Part shown: piece after piece, positions 1-13,455 of the stretch
How positions within the stretch are numbered: position 1 is the stretch's first letter
How the letters are laid out: the number at the start of each line of letters is the position of its first letter
DNA from: Takakia lepidozioides
Taxonomy: Eukaryota; Plantae; Bryophyta
Direction of reading: 5' to 3'
NCBI GenBank assembly: GCA_030704615.1
Contig: CM060731.1
Location: forward strand, 32,860,001-32,924,000
DNA: 64,000 bases
Program-made: the position numbers and the translations under genes
The notes under the pieces: generated by a model
The model's input: the letters and a program-made list of their open reading frames with translations, nothing else
Database searches by the model: none
Told to the model about the DNA's origin: nothing

Positions 1-962
1 CAATGTACAAGACCTGGAGGGATATGGGTATTTGTTTAATCTTTCCAATACCTTCATCAGCATATAAAGGCTTCTCCATCGTGTTTCCGTCCCCATCAAG
101 AGCTCCATCAATGCCATCACCGCCCGGTACCGTCGACGTCGCCCCCAGTTCCGGCTTCAGCGCCTTCCGACCGAAGAGGTCGACCCTGACGTCGTTCAAG
201 CTTTTTCTCCGCAGATGCCGCTCTTCTTCCCCAGCTGTCTGGCTTCTTTTGTGATTGAACTGGTATATCATCCATGTGAATACCAATGTCAACAGGGTGA
301 TGTGAACAATTCGTTTCCATTTCAGTCTCTTGGAATTTTTCTGGTGACGATGAGGTGCGGAGCGGACCATGATTGACCCCCGTATGAAGATCCCTTCTCC
401 CACGGAAGAATGTAATTTCCCCCTCCTCTAGTAGACCCTGCCCTCTTGATAGCCAAAGCTCCCGTCGTAGTTCTCCGAGACATGTTCAGCCCATGTTTGC
501 TTGCACGTTCAAGTCCAGGGCTCCATGCACTAGCATCAATCTACCATCAAACTGCTCCGACGCCTTGAGCCTCTCAGCGCGAGTTCAGCACCCTCACATA
601 AGCATGCCGCACTCTGCTGATACAAGCACACAATTCTCATGGATTTAGAATCACATCACCTCAACAATCATCTTACAAGTCTTCCAGTCCAAATGCAGAG
701 AGAAGAAGCAAGGTACGCTTTGACTTACCAATGTGGCACGACACACGATGGATTCCTCCACATTTTATACTCCATATTGCATTTGCAGCTCCGCCATTCC
801 TCCTCCCTGCAACGCCTGCATCAGATCACACCTCCGCCATGTCCTCCATCAAATCCTCGCCTGCACTGCTTTAGGGTTCGGTTCTCACACCTTCCCCACC
901 ACGTGTCACGGTTTCCCTCTGTCTAGTAGTATCCACTGATACCAGTGTTGGGCGGGTATTAC

Positions 963-3448
963 ATTTTATTTTATTTTTATTTATTTTTTGGAAGGATTTC
1001 TCATTTTATAACCAATTCGGGGAAAAAAATAAAACCCCAAGTGACACCATAAGGGTTACACACCGTAGGCAGTGTGGGGGGAACCAAAAACCCTGCATAA
1101 AACACAGTATTTGAACTGGTAAACCTAAGGAAGCCAAGCCTTAATAATGAGAGAGTCCTCCAAAAAGCAGCGTATGAAGCCGAGATTATCGAGGGGCTAA
1201 TCTACGAGAAATCATACTAGCGAAAGTTAAGCCTGGAGGTCGTGGCAGGGTGCTTGACGTGCTTCCAGTTGACGTCTCTCTCAAATTCTGGCGAGGCCAT
1301 GGAGTGGAGCTCGGAGGTTTCTCCAACGGTGAGGGGGCGGTGAGGGGGGAGAGTGTTCCAAACACAGAGATCTTTCTCGTCGCTTTGGCAAACGATGCCA
1401 TGGCAGGCCCACGTTGATCTGAAAGTGGCATGGATTGCAGGCGCTTGCCTGGGGCCTTCTCGCAATCTGCAACACATTTCGCCTAAGCTTTTTTTGATTC
1501 CGTACGCAGGTCACTGTAAACCAATGACAGTAAACCCAAGGTAGAGCTCGTTTCATCATTGAAAGTTTTCTTGCATCTAGCTCGCCACAAATGCCACAGG
1601 GTAGAAGCTCTGAGAGTTTCGAAGACTGGGCATGGGAAGGTTCTTGCCCTGGAGGACCTGTTGTAGTTTAGGAGGAGGTCTAGAGGGGAGATGTCGTTCA
1701 GGCTCCAATGCCTGTAAAAGACTTTGATTAAGGACCAAATTTTAGCCGGTGCAGTGCAGGTGAGTAGGCAGTGCTCATGGGTCTCGATGATTCCTGAGGA
1801 ACAACACGAGCACAAGAGTGCGTCATGGAATTGTAGCCATTCTCCTACCTTGATGTGCAACTGTGGTTACAATGATTTGCTTCCATCCCTTTTCCTGCAA
1901 GCTAAGGTTCCATTTTCCATTCCACTTAGCCGTGAAATTAGCGTTGCCCAGCAACAGTTTATAGCCAATCTTAACTTTGTACCCGAGGAGAGGTGTTTTC
2001 TTGACGTCCATCCAGGTCCATTCTCCCAGGTCAAGTTGAAGTCTGCTAAGGGGATAACGCAAGAACCATGTTAAGGGTGTCATTTCGGCCCAGCAGAACT
2101 CTCCTCCAGGGGGTGGCTTGGGATCTGGTAACCCAGTCATAGTTTCAAAAACTCTAATTCTTAAGGAGGATTCCTGGCACATGTGCCCTTGCCCGATATG
2201 CAGTAGGGTCCCTTCAGAGTCGGCTAGAAATCTTGGGCCTTCCCAGTGCAATGCAGAGCTGGAGATAGCTAGCAAGGCAAAGAATCTGTTGCCTTCATAG
2301 TTGCCGAACCAGCAGGGGAGGCTATTCTGCGAGTTGTCCCCCCCGGTCAGTAAAGGCAGAACGTATGACACTCCTTGCTTAATGTGCTCCCATCCGTGTC
2401 TGATAGAACTCACGGAGCATGGACAAGATGTTGGGAAGCAGAAAGCCTCCATTTTCCCAGATATCGGTTATGTGTGAGAGTCCTTTGGATTCCCAAGTAG
2501 CCCATTTTTTGTGAAGAGAGATTAGGGGGGCATAGTCCAGATTGTTGTTTCCGAACAATGGTTGGCGAATTGCCTCCTCAAAGCAAAGCGCCCTTCTTTG
2601 AAACAAGTGCGGTCTGATCGACAGCCTGGCAGCCCAGATAGACCTCCATGCGGCACTCCCCGTGCATCTAGAATTTGCTGAACCATGGGTCAACCACCTC
2701 AGAGAATGAGCCCAAAATGGGGAGGTAAGAGGAGTAGAATCCACCAAGTGGGCTCTCACCAAGTTGCACCAGGGACTATCACCATGCACAACAGCTCTTG
2801 GTATCCATTTGACAAGGAGGGCTTTAATATGTAGGGAGGGATCAATGATGCCTAACCCTCCTTCTTTTTTGGGCCTAGATAGCTGCGCCCAGGAGACCAG
2901 ACCCCTCTTAGTTGGTGCTTGAGAGGAGGCACCCCAGAGAAAATTACGCATCAGAGTTTTGATTTTACTAACCAGCTTACAGCCCGGGGACCAAACAGAG
3001 GTAGAGAACCAGATGGAAGCCATCAAGATTTGATTGAGAACTAAAGCTCTGCAAGCCAGGGAGAGCATGGCTGAACTCCAAAAGGCTAACTTTTTACGCA
3101 GCTTTTGTAGAATTGGCTCATACTTTTGATCCTCGGAGAGCCCGATTCCAACTTGGAAACCCAGGAGAGTATGCCCCATGCCTGGTGCAGGCGACGCCCT
3201 AGAGCCGAAGATGGCGTTGACAAGGGTGAAGCCTGCTCGCAGGACTGGCAAAACCTCATGCTGACGGGAAGACCCCAGAGGGAGCGTCCTTGCTGTTGGG
3301 GCGGGATCCCCCGGGTCCCTCTTCTAGAGACTGAAGCGTAGCCCAGGAGTAGAGCTTGCACTTAGGTCTGTCAGCGACAATGTCCTCCCATCGGAAAGCT
3401 AGCATAGTGTGCACCGTGGAGGCAGAGTCAAACTCATCTGTGTTCTCC
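963..3448 (-). mobile_element. L1/Tx1-like LINE remnant: 3' half of ORF2 (post-RT region and C-terminal Cys/His finger) joined to a short ORF1 piece
   Basis: ORFs 2379-3251 (LSLACRALVLNQIL...KKEGGLGIID), 1823-2452 and 1483-1860 (CSCC...ETHEHCLLTC...LWHLWRARC) are typical LINE ORF2 C-terminal sequence. T-rich tract at 963-988 would be the A-rich tail. 3184-3448 matches the ORF1 region of the LINE at 63388-63657. Confidence 0.85.
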
Positions 3449-3449
3449 T

Positions 3450-4952
3450 GCGGGTTTCCGGCAGGAAGTTTCCATCGCCCCTATAGTGGGTATGACCAGG
3501 GTCAGATCAGGGCTTCAACTTATTATCAATTCTATTCCACTACATTGGATTGCAGCTCTTCAGGCAGGGCCTCAAACCCCCTCCATGAACTTCTGGACTT
3601 TGGGTATCATAAATGGCCAGCTCACCATCATCATGGTCCTTCAAGTCACTGATTCACACTATCATGGGTTCGCTTTCCACATTCACCCTCATACTCTGAC
3701 CCTCCCATTCACAATCTCTCTTCCCTCGCTTAACTCATACCCCTGTTCGAATCTGCAACTGGTCCTCAAAATTCAAAGATTTTGATCCTCTCCCCCCCCT
3801 CACTACACCTATCCTCTCTTGGCTAGCTTCAAACACGTTTGTGTGGATCTCTGGTAGGTCCCTAGCTGACCTCAATCTAGACCCAAAAGAATGGGATTGG
3901 AATTTTGGCCGTTCCCCAACCCCGCTTCTCCCCTACACCCCCAAGAAAGCCTACAGGGCCCTCAACAATCCGCTTCCCCTTTCCTTCAAATGGAATGGCA
4001 AGTGGGCTCACTGGGGTTTCGCAAATGCAAACTGGACACCGATATGGTCTTCGATTTGGCTGAAGATTAGGCCAGCCAAAATCTCGGCTTTCTTTTGCCG
4101 GCTCCTGCCTTCACTGCACCTGCTGATGGCTGTTTGCAATGACACCCAAGCCTTACGCCCATTGGATCCGAATACAGTTTGCAGAGTATCAGTCTGATGC
4201 TGGGGCGTTTTCCCTCAAAGATCAAAACACATCTGACCTTCCATATTGCCCATAGCGTGTGTGCTCTAAGACAGGCCCAGATCGGGCATCCGTTCCAAGC
4301 AGCGCTTCTATGTAAACTAAGCAACAGGAGAGGAGCTGATAGGGGTGGGAGGGCCTGCCAATGGGAATAGAAGCCTGCCACTATAGTCTTGCGGATTTCG
4401 ACACCACCTGGGCCAAAGACGACATCCTCTGCTACAGAATCGATGACTCTCGAATTACATGGCACGACCACCTCCCCGTCTCTTGGCAAGTCACCGGCTG
4501 AGTCGGATGCACCAGACATCAACTGGAAGCACAGCAAGACCGACAGATCTAAATCTAAAGTGCATCTAGATTTCGGTCGTTGATAGTCTCTTTGTTTTCA
4601 GGACTTGTTATACTGTTACCCTTCCCCTGGGATTGGTAGCATACTACAGCCCTCTGCCCCTTCTTTTGGTTCTTATCATGACTTGGGGCTCCTTCATCAT
4701 CCTGGAGCTTCTTCTTTCAAGACTTTGGGCTCTTTCATCATCATCACTAAGGCACCATAGTTTAGCCACGATCCGGCTTGTTCCTGCTGTTCATCCCATT
4801 TCCTATTAGTGCCGGGTGTTCCCATGTGATACGCCTTTATGGCAACCCTGGAGGTTATTTTTTCCTCCGTTCTCTTGTTTTCCCCTATTTTCAATAAACT
4901 TGTCCAAGGCCTCTACCCCCTGTTCATCTTTTTTTTTTTTAAACAAAAAAAA
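3450..4952 (+). mobile_element. Second, diverged LINE 3' fragment with an internally inverted segment
   Basis: Plus ORF 3841-4197 (LDPKEWDW...KWNGKW) resembles ORF 1823-2452. The next part (LRAHTLWAIWKVRC...LYSD) lies on the minus strand at about 4110-4380. AATAAA and an A-rich end at about 4893-4952. Boundaries are approximate. Confidence 0.6.
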
Positions 4953-5042
4953 GGCCGTTCCCGGCTAGAAGAAGGTAAGAGAGATGTTGTGCCACAAGAG
5001 TTTGAATTGACTGAAACAGCTACCACACTGCCAACCAGGTCT

Positions 5043-7030
5043 TCACAACGGCGCCTTCGCCTTTCCCTTTCCCTTTCCCGGTCCCAATATTCCACGGCCA
5101 CCGCCACTGCCACCGCCACTGCCACTGCCACTGCCACGGCCGTCGCCTGCATTTGGTTTTCCTATAAGTGCGTGAAAGAAGAAGTTACTTCGATGATTGA
5201 CCGACATGCATTCAGAGAAGTACCTACTGCGTGGATGTCATTCTTAAGCTACACATGTGTCAATCTGTAGGGATCGAGTGCAGACCACGCGGACTTCACT
5301 CGTTACTCAGGCCCTTCTACTAAGTATTATTTAGCAAAGCTCTTCCAACCAGTATGTAGCGAAGCCAACACTCGGCTATGTGCAAACAAACAGTAAATTG
5401 AGTCACTGAACCCTCGACAGCTTCCACTCGGCTACAAGCCATGGAGCGAACTGTGAAGAGTCAAAATCAGCAGCACCCTCCCGTGCTAACAAGGCGTCAG
5501 AGAGGGATGAGAATTGCAAGCACGGATCCTACAAAAGAAAAAGTGGGCAAAGCAAGGTGAGACTGCTGCTGGAAACGGCACAACTGAGACAGATTGCCAA
5601 AGATCAGAGGGAGCAGGATAGGGCAAAACAAGATAGTAGAACTACAAACGAGGGAAATAGAAAAACATGAATATCTAGAGCTGTCCAGAGACCTCCACGA
5701 ACAGCCTTCTTTTTAGTATCATCGACCAGCAGTTTATCAAGATCCAAGGCCTCAGGCAGCTTGTAGTATCGGATACTGGAGCCACGAATGCAGAGAGGAC
5801 GTTTCACGTCCATAATCTCCTGGTCCTCTTTCACAAAGTGTGTGATGTCGTTTTGCAGATGAGTGTTCATGGTGCCTTCCACTTCTGCAAGAGGTTTTCC
5901 TTTTCCGAGTCAGATTCCCTACTGCATGTGAACTCAGATGAATACTTATGTCATACAGATCGAGTTAGAACTTAAAGAATGGAATCAAACTAGTTGAGAG
6001 GGACAGGAAACATACATGTTGCCAAAAGAAGACGAGTCTATGGAGATGTAAACATGCACATGTATGGCTCTTGTCTACTTCCAGAAATTCATCGGCCTCA
6101 TGCTATTTCTGAACCATAGTGACCAATGACACGCATCGACATGGACAGCCTCACAACAGCTATGTACAGATGACTTTAGAAGTCTGAAAAAGTTCTACTG
6201 AGATGTGGACAGATAGTTGGCAGCAAAACAGTAAGCTACAATTTATTGGTATCACGTGGTACATCCCTGCAGATTTGACAATCAGCAGCATACTAAAAAT
6301 ACCTCGATAGAATGTACTCATATGACGTTGTTTGCAGTAGCCTCTTTGAAACACTTCTCGGGTAGAGATGTTGTAATAGGGGAAACGTACTTTGGATGGT
6401 GCCCGTCACAATGTCGCCGTTCTTCAGATGTATTTCCACAACCTCATTGTTCAGCTTCTTCAAGAACCTGGCCCCACCATCCACGTAACAACGCATATTG
6501 CGTGTGTTATGCATGCAACACTTTGTAGTGAATCCAGTCACTCAGAGGAGCTGGACAAAGAAACCTTGACCACCTGCCCGTCAGACTGAAAGACGGAGTG
6601 CTGACTTCTCTTACAATCTAAGATTAAATCATGACATGATTTTGAATCCACAAGATGAGACTTCGATCGTAGGGAGGTGAATTTCCGATAACTTGTTCCT
6701 TCCACAGTTCAATTTCAATCTCAACACACTTTCTGGCGACCAACATTCTTCTGAGTACAAGGATTGTGTGCAGGAAGTTGGCTGAATCTGTGAACTTACT
6801 GCACCTATGTGTCACATTCAAAAGTTCCGAAATATCCTTACTGCGCAATTAAGGTAGGAATATGGTTTCCACTATGGCAACGATATTACATGTATGGATT
6901 CCCTTGATAGCAACCATTCACCGACATTCAGCATCCAAGACAAACACTGTAATGAAATTAATCTACTGAAACTAAGGAGTAGTCTTCAACACAAATATCA
7001 GAAGGCAGCAGCCAACCTGACCAAATTCAT
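5043..7030 (-). CDS. SmD1: Small nuclear ribonucleoprotein Sm D1-like protein (divergent paralog), 4 exons: 7030-7017, 6467-6391, 5884-5693, 5161-5043
   Basis: GT-AG introns and 402 nt in frame: [40 protein letters not shown]...IRGSSIRYYKLPEALDLDKLLVDD...GKPNAGDGRGSGSG...KAPL*. Matches SmD1 motifs (MKLVRFLMKL, ELKNGT, MNTHL, RGNNIRYYILP). Confidence 0.85.
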
Positions 7031-8736
7031 GACGCTCCCTTCTTGTAACGAGCTTCTAACACTCCGCTCAGCGTCCGGGAAATAATTTCAGTTGAACCAG
7101 CCAGTAGCCGCTCATTCCCAGCAGCAATCGGCTAAGTGGGTTGGGCAGTCGGTTGCTGCCCCTTAGTGGTAACTATACCCGGTCAATTTCCGAGATAATT
7201 TCTTTACAACCGGTAATATTCTTAATGATTTATTTTGTGTTCAACTAGAAAAACGGCCCTTATAAATATCAAACGGTTGACAACACAAGTGTCAAATGCA
7301 CAACAATAAGTAAATAATAATAATAATAAATAGTCACAACCAGTTTTAAGCAATTCAAACAAGTGAAGAACATTGTATCCTTATAGAAGTTGGACCTGTC
7401 AATGCCCTCAAACCACATGGAGGCCAAGAATTGAACCCGCGTGGACAGGTGAGCTGTGATAGCAGGCAGCGAGTGCAAGCAGGCGTGGGGCTGGGGCTGC
7501 GAGAGCAACGTCCAGACTTAGTAGGGTTTGCCCGCGGGCCCGCCCTCTTTGAGTTCAATATTTTTTCACCTAAACGCCCTTCCTTGGATGTAACCCGGCC
7601 TGGCACGTTGGATTTATGCCATGTGGTGGACTTCGACGGCCATTTCCATTTTTTGTAATATAAGAAGGGCCGGAATCCGTCCAGGCCTTGCCAACTAAGG
7701 CAGATTTCCTGTCTGTAATGAAATGGAAAGGCAAATATCCTTCCTAAAAGTAGGGCACCCGGTTGATTTCCACTTCGGCCATTTTTTCCCTCGGATCCAT
7801 TTCCTGAGGTTTCATATTTCATTCGGAAATTCTGGAATTCAGTCGGCTAGCATGTAACTGGCTGCCGGTTCTCCCCGGACGTTGGCTCCGCTCTCTCAGA
7901 TCTTCCTCTCCACGCCTGAATACAACGACTTCAAGAACAGCGGCGCGGGGTTTTAGCAGCCATTGGATGAACTCTGCATGGATGAAGACGAAGACATATG
8001 GATGTCTCTGTGACGTGACGCAGTTGCTTCGCACTCATGCTTCGCACTCCTGCTTCTGCACAACTTCATGTCTGATGAGCTAAGACTTGCAACCCCTTGA
8101 CATCAAAGACAATACTTGTAATATCGATTGTTACTTACACAAAGCTTCGAACCTATGAGCTGAGCTCTGGAAACGTGCGACAGACTAGTCTACTTATTCC
8201 TTGATTTTCAATTTGCTAGAATGCAAGGCATTTGGGATCATTACAGCTAAAGGCATCGGAGTGTCCCTAACAAGGACAGAGATATCTGCCCTGGATCTCA
8301 TAGGCTTCCATCCAGCTCCGGCTTTGCACAGGGCCTGAAAGATTATTTACTTTCTCAGTAGATCTATGGTATTCTCATTAGTCCGATGTTCTTGTATTTC
8401 CTGCTTTGTCCTTTGGGTCCTCTGCGCCTCCCACAGACATAATAGACTTCTTTCTTTCTCTGAGATTTGAACTTCCTTCTATTGCTTGATCGAAATTGAT
8501 CGAGCCCTTTTGAAACTCCAAGTCTTCAGATCCCCTTTACCTTGCCTAATTCGAACAGGCGAAAATGACCTAGCTTCCCTAAACAGGGATCTTGAGGAGT
8601 ACCTAGAATGAGGTCTTCCAGATTCTAATTATCAAAAATAGGGGGTAACCAGACTGTGCTTTGTGTGAGAGCACCATCCTCAATCCTTTGTTTCTGCTCA
8701 CGTGTTGTGTCCATGGTCACCCAGAACCAGAACTGC

Positions 8737-11700
8737 TTAAGGGATGTTGTGCGCCCTCACCAAAGCTTCTAGACTGGCTATGTCACCGGGGGTGTCAACA
8801 CCATGTGCATCGTGCTGGACCTTTATCACCTGCAGTCATCATGAACCTCCCTGAATTATACTCTATCTCTCTGCCATATTCAAACCATCAACACTCTCAT
8901 CTACCCTAATTAATCAACACGCAATCCCCTGAATCTAAATTGTCATTTGCTTGTTGGGCAAGTGCTCCAGGCCCAGTTTCACAGCCTCAGTTATTAAAAT
9001 CCCACAGGTAGGAATATCCACAAGAGCTACCCCACTTTGGATGTCATTTTCAAACATTGATGAGCACATCCATATCTCTATCTCTGTCTCTCTTTATTCT
9101 CACAAACAAGCAGACCCACACACCCCACTGGGCTACATGATTCTTATTGAATGATGTGATGTATTTTAACATCCTGGATATGCCACTCATCAAATTTGTG
9201 TTCCAGACCTAGCTACAGTAAGCATCTGTCAACTTTCTTCCAAAAACACTACTCAATATAAACCTATGCAGAAAAACCAAATACTAAGCATGGCAGCTCA
9301 GAGACTCTCTCCCACAATTCCACATATCCCTCAAATTTAGTGATCATTATTTGGACTTCATCTCACTTTCCCCATCTGCAACAGCAGAATCTTCCTATGA
9401 CCACCATTCTATTGATCTCTATATGCAACCCTAAACAATCCCACACCCTGATTGATGCCATAGCACAAAACTGCTTTGCCCAACAGTTACTCTCCCAGTC
9501 CAGAAAAACCAGGGTATCAAACAAGTAGCAAGACATACCTTCATTTTGTACCCATTTTGAAGCACTTTGAGCTGCTCCAAATCTTCCTCTAACTGCAAGG
9601 AAGTTGGCGCCATGGCAGGATACATTGCCAGAAACTTGGCATCATAGCACTGCCTCCCACGCACCGCCACGCCCACACACAACTCAGTAACCGGGATATT
9701 TCGGATACATGGGACTTTACAGGACCATGGCAGGGCCACGCACCTCGTATGATTATTGACTATGCCAAACACCAAACTGTAGTTGCCAAGAGATATTGGT
9801 TAATCATCTATTCCATACCATGACCAGGTTCACCCCCAACATGATGAATAAACAGAAATTTCAGCAAGAGAGACGAAACAAACCAGAATTCCAAGATGGA
9901 GAAGATAAGGGAACTTTGAATTTACGGTCCCTTTTCTGAAAAACCACACATCATACTCAAAATTCACAAAGGCGTGTAAGCTTTGAACAGAGGCAGGAAC
10001 AGAAGTTTGAGTGTCCAAGCGCAGAAAGGTGCCATATACATGAACTCATTGACCATTAGCTTTGAACTTCCTTGGACTCATCAAACTAGAGTGCTGGACA
10101 ACCATACCATATTTGACTAAAGTGACACACGACCACGATCACCAAAACTCAATGTACAGTCATGAATATGATGACGAGTGATGGTCATTTTATTGCCCTG
10201 AGAATTTTGTTGGCTTGCCAGGGACATTCCAGGCTCCAAGTAATAGATGACACACGTTATATTTGCATTCTGTTCAGGTGTTAAGCAAATGAGGAGCATG
10301 TTTCTACCAGAAATGCTTGGAACTAGCAAAATGCTCTGAAGATCATCAGCCAGCCCTGAACCCCAGCCTCCGCCCCAAGAACAAAAATTCTGGGCTGGGC
10401 CCAGCTGATAAGCACATACTTGTTGGAGGGAAGAAGGCCACGAGAGAAATAGATGGCATAGCCGTTCTTGTCCACAATGCATTTAACCCTATTTGGATCC
10501 ATGGCATCCTCAGGCTTCAGCGCTGTCACAGCCGTGCTACACATAGCATCTGGAGCACTCTGCCAAAACATCATGGATATCAACTCTGCCTTACCCTTAT
10601 TTCAGGCCATCGCACTGTAATGTTCATTCGGAAGAATGATAAATGCAAATTGTCAAGGAACATTCTACTAAAATCTGGAGAAAGGACATTGCCGCCCGAG
10701 TGTAATTTCATTTAGTCAGTCCTGATTAGGGTTAGGGCTTTATCTGGGACATGGCCCTTACACTCAGGCCTAAACTTGCCATAGCAGGCAACCCATGGCA
10801 ACAACAATCTGTTCACGGTAAATTGAGTATTGTATGATAACCAGGCGAATGCAAGCCCCTACCAAGCCATGGACAATACCTGCAGAGCCATAACAACACC
10901 ATCAATGATTTCAGGGTCGATCAGGGGCTCATCACCCTGTATGTTGACCACTATATCATATTTGGTCTGCAGCATTCCACATGCCTCGTTGCAGCGCTCC
11001 GTCCCTGTTCATACATATAACTGTGAATATTGCTGAGTCTAAACAACTCTCTAATCAGAGGACGGTCGTTTCAAGGAATGGCTTCTGGGCTCAAGAGAAT
11101 GAAGTGCCACCTTGGCATTGACATGAAAATGAAAAATGCATAACTTCAATATGATACAGAAGCATACCAACCAACACAGTAATAGAGATGCAGACAAAGA
11201 CAACAAGAGAGACAAAACACGTTTATCACCCCAAGGCAAGGCAATGTAGGCCATAATCAGAGCACGAGAGGTGGAAGGTGGATACCATTTTGGCAAGACT
11301 CTGATGTCATAACAACTTGGGCGCCAAATGCACGACAGCAGTCAGCAATCCTCTCATCATCCGTGGCCACCACTGCCTCTCCACCCCAAGTTGCACTTCA
11401 GATTACAAACACTCCCTTGGTTACATCCACTGGGTGGAGCATGGAAGCTTCACTTTTGACAAATAGTGACCTTAATATTCAAGATTCAGACAATTCATCA
11501 TGCAGATATATATTGTGTGCATCTGGAAACCTCTCTTACATCTTAATAACCATCAAAGTTGTGCAACTCATCGACGGCGCTGAAATGGCCAGGTGGGTTC
11601 CCTTCTGAATTGTCTCTGAATATAGATTCAAGCAGTGCCTATCATAGAGAGAAGAATGTACTAATGAGGCTAATGTCTTCTCACTGTACAGATGATGCAG

Positions 11701-12582
11701 CCTTGTGGGCAATGGCCCTCTGAGATAAAAGCCCTCCAGCCCTTGGTTGGGCCACAAAGCAGAACCAAACTGTTACCTTTGGTGAAATAGAACAGCAGCC
11801 AGGGCACCGAGAGAGAGCATCCTCTAACATAGTAAGCACCACGGGGTGAATATTGAGCCAATATGATTCCTTACAATGCCACCATGCCAATGTCCTTGCC
11901 ATTAAACCTCAACCTGAACTTTCAAATGCACAGTCAGGGTTTAAAGTTTACGGTTTCATATTGGTTGGAAGACAATCTGGACTAAGCAGGTGTGACCAAA
12001 AATCAGTGAGAATGGACTTACCCACAGCCTCCAAAGTGTCAGAGCGCATAGCTTGCTCCCATGTTCTCTACATTCATAGAAAGCCACATGTTGGAGTATA
12101 TCTGCTCTAATCGTCCTAGTCTAATTAGTTTTCTTTCTTCCTCCCACAACACGGGTGAAGGCAGCACTGAGCAGTGCATGTATTCAGAGAGGAGCAACAT
12201 GTCTGAACGGGACCACCTGTAGCGACAGAGTAGTACCTAGCTTGGCAGACATCAATGTGATTCGTTTCACAAAACCAACAGCAGTGGGTAAGGAATCTCA
12301 TCCTCAACTCTAAACCATAGTGAAGGCATGGAGAAGGGAAGGGGAAGAAGACGGCACCTGGATCATGGGCTTACCCAAGATTAGGGCAAGTGGCTTTCCT
12401 TCAAAGCGGGACGACTGATAGCGAGCTGGGATGATCCCAACCGCCCGCCTGCGCCCAGCTCCACTTAGCAACGCTTGCCTGTAGTAATTTGCTGCCACTG
12501 TTAAGGCTAAAGCTGCCCCCGCCACTGCGGCGTGCAGCAGCCATGGTGACCATGACCTCTGCTCAGACCCCTTGGAGTTCAT
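8737..12582 (-). CDS. KDSB: 3-deoxy-manno-octulosonate cytidylyltransferase (CMP-KDO synthetase), 8 exons: 12582-12358, 12067-12022, 11372-11286, 11004-10880, 10559-10420, 9935-9884, 9649-9539, 8829-8737
   Basis: 879 nt in frame (292 aa), all introns GT-AG. Motifs [63 protein letters not shown]. Hydrophobic N-terminal extension as in plant enzymes. Confidence 0.95.
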
Positions 12583-13241
12583 ATCCTTCCTGCTTGGCCT
12601 TGGTTCCCAAAGAGATAGAAGGGACAGAAGAAGCGCTGGCTGTGTACTTCACCAAGTAAATAAAATGTGGATGCAGACTGGAGGCTGGAACTGGAGCATC
12701 GCCCAGGGAGGATGTGCAGCCCAAACCCAGCTCCTTATCAATCACGTATAGGAAAACCATTTCATTCTGAGAGGAGACACCCAAAAGTAAAAATGCACAT
12801 GAGCTTCACATGCAAAAAAGCTTTGTTCACGTAATGCACAGAGATCACCGCACATCGCTAGGGTAGCTTGACGTCGACAACGATGGGGAGGCGTAAATGA
12901 CAAGGACAAAGAAAGAGAAAGCTAGCGTAAACAATCCCGGGAATAAGCCTTCCCCTGGCTCGGCATCCCATCTTAGTCTCACCTCCGTTCAAGCCCGATC
13001 ATCATTGAATTTCTTTGTTCTGTCATTTCAATCTTCTTGTAGGAGTAATCCCGTAGATGCCGAGCCAGAGTTTCGAGTGTGATTTCTCTAGAGCGGGACG
13101 AGATTTTGCAATGGTGGGGTCCTACAGGTGACCAGAGACCGACCAGGATCTGGTCGCCGGTTTCTTCCAGTGGTCACTGGTCAGGGATACCAGCATTAAA
13201 GTGCTCTAAGTTATGCCCAAGTTATGTAATTTTTTCTATAG

Positions 13242-13455
13242 TTTTTTTTTTTAATCTGGGAGCGACAGCTCACAAATCAGGCCCCTTAATTATAGTGAGA
13301 GGAGAAAATAACCTCTTTCACAGTAACCCGCCATGAGGCGTAGGAATGGGGGCACCACCCAGGAACCATACCACACCCGTCAGTAGCAAGATTTGACCCC
13401 AGAATCGTCTGGGTAGCACTCAGTGCACTTAACCAACTGAGCTACTGACTGTTGG
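13242..13455 (-). mobile_element. tRNA-derived SINE
   Basis: Minus strand starts with A-box TAGCTCAGTTGG and degenerate B-box GGGTCAAATC, and ends in poly(A) (T11 at 13242-13252 on plus). Possible TATAG duplication at 13237-13241 and 13456-13460. Confidence 0.7.

Noticed and set aside
1-960. Short ORFs at the window start
   Set aside because: No recognisable motifs. Possibly LINE ORF1 debris, but unsupported.
4839-5270. ORFs with ATATAT/VAVAVA repeats
   Set aside because: Alternative frames of the SmD1-like last exon (GS repeat).
8737-12582. kdsB as bacterial contamination or recent horizontal transfer
   Set aside because: It has seven spliceosomal introns, and CMP-KDO synthetase is a normal plant gene (Kdo for rhamnogalacturonan II).
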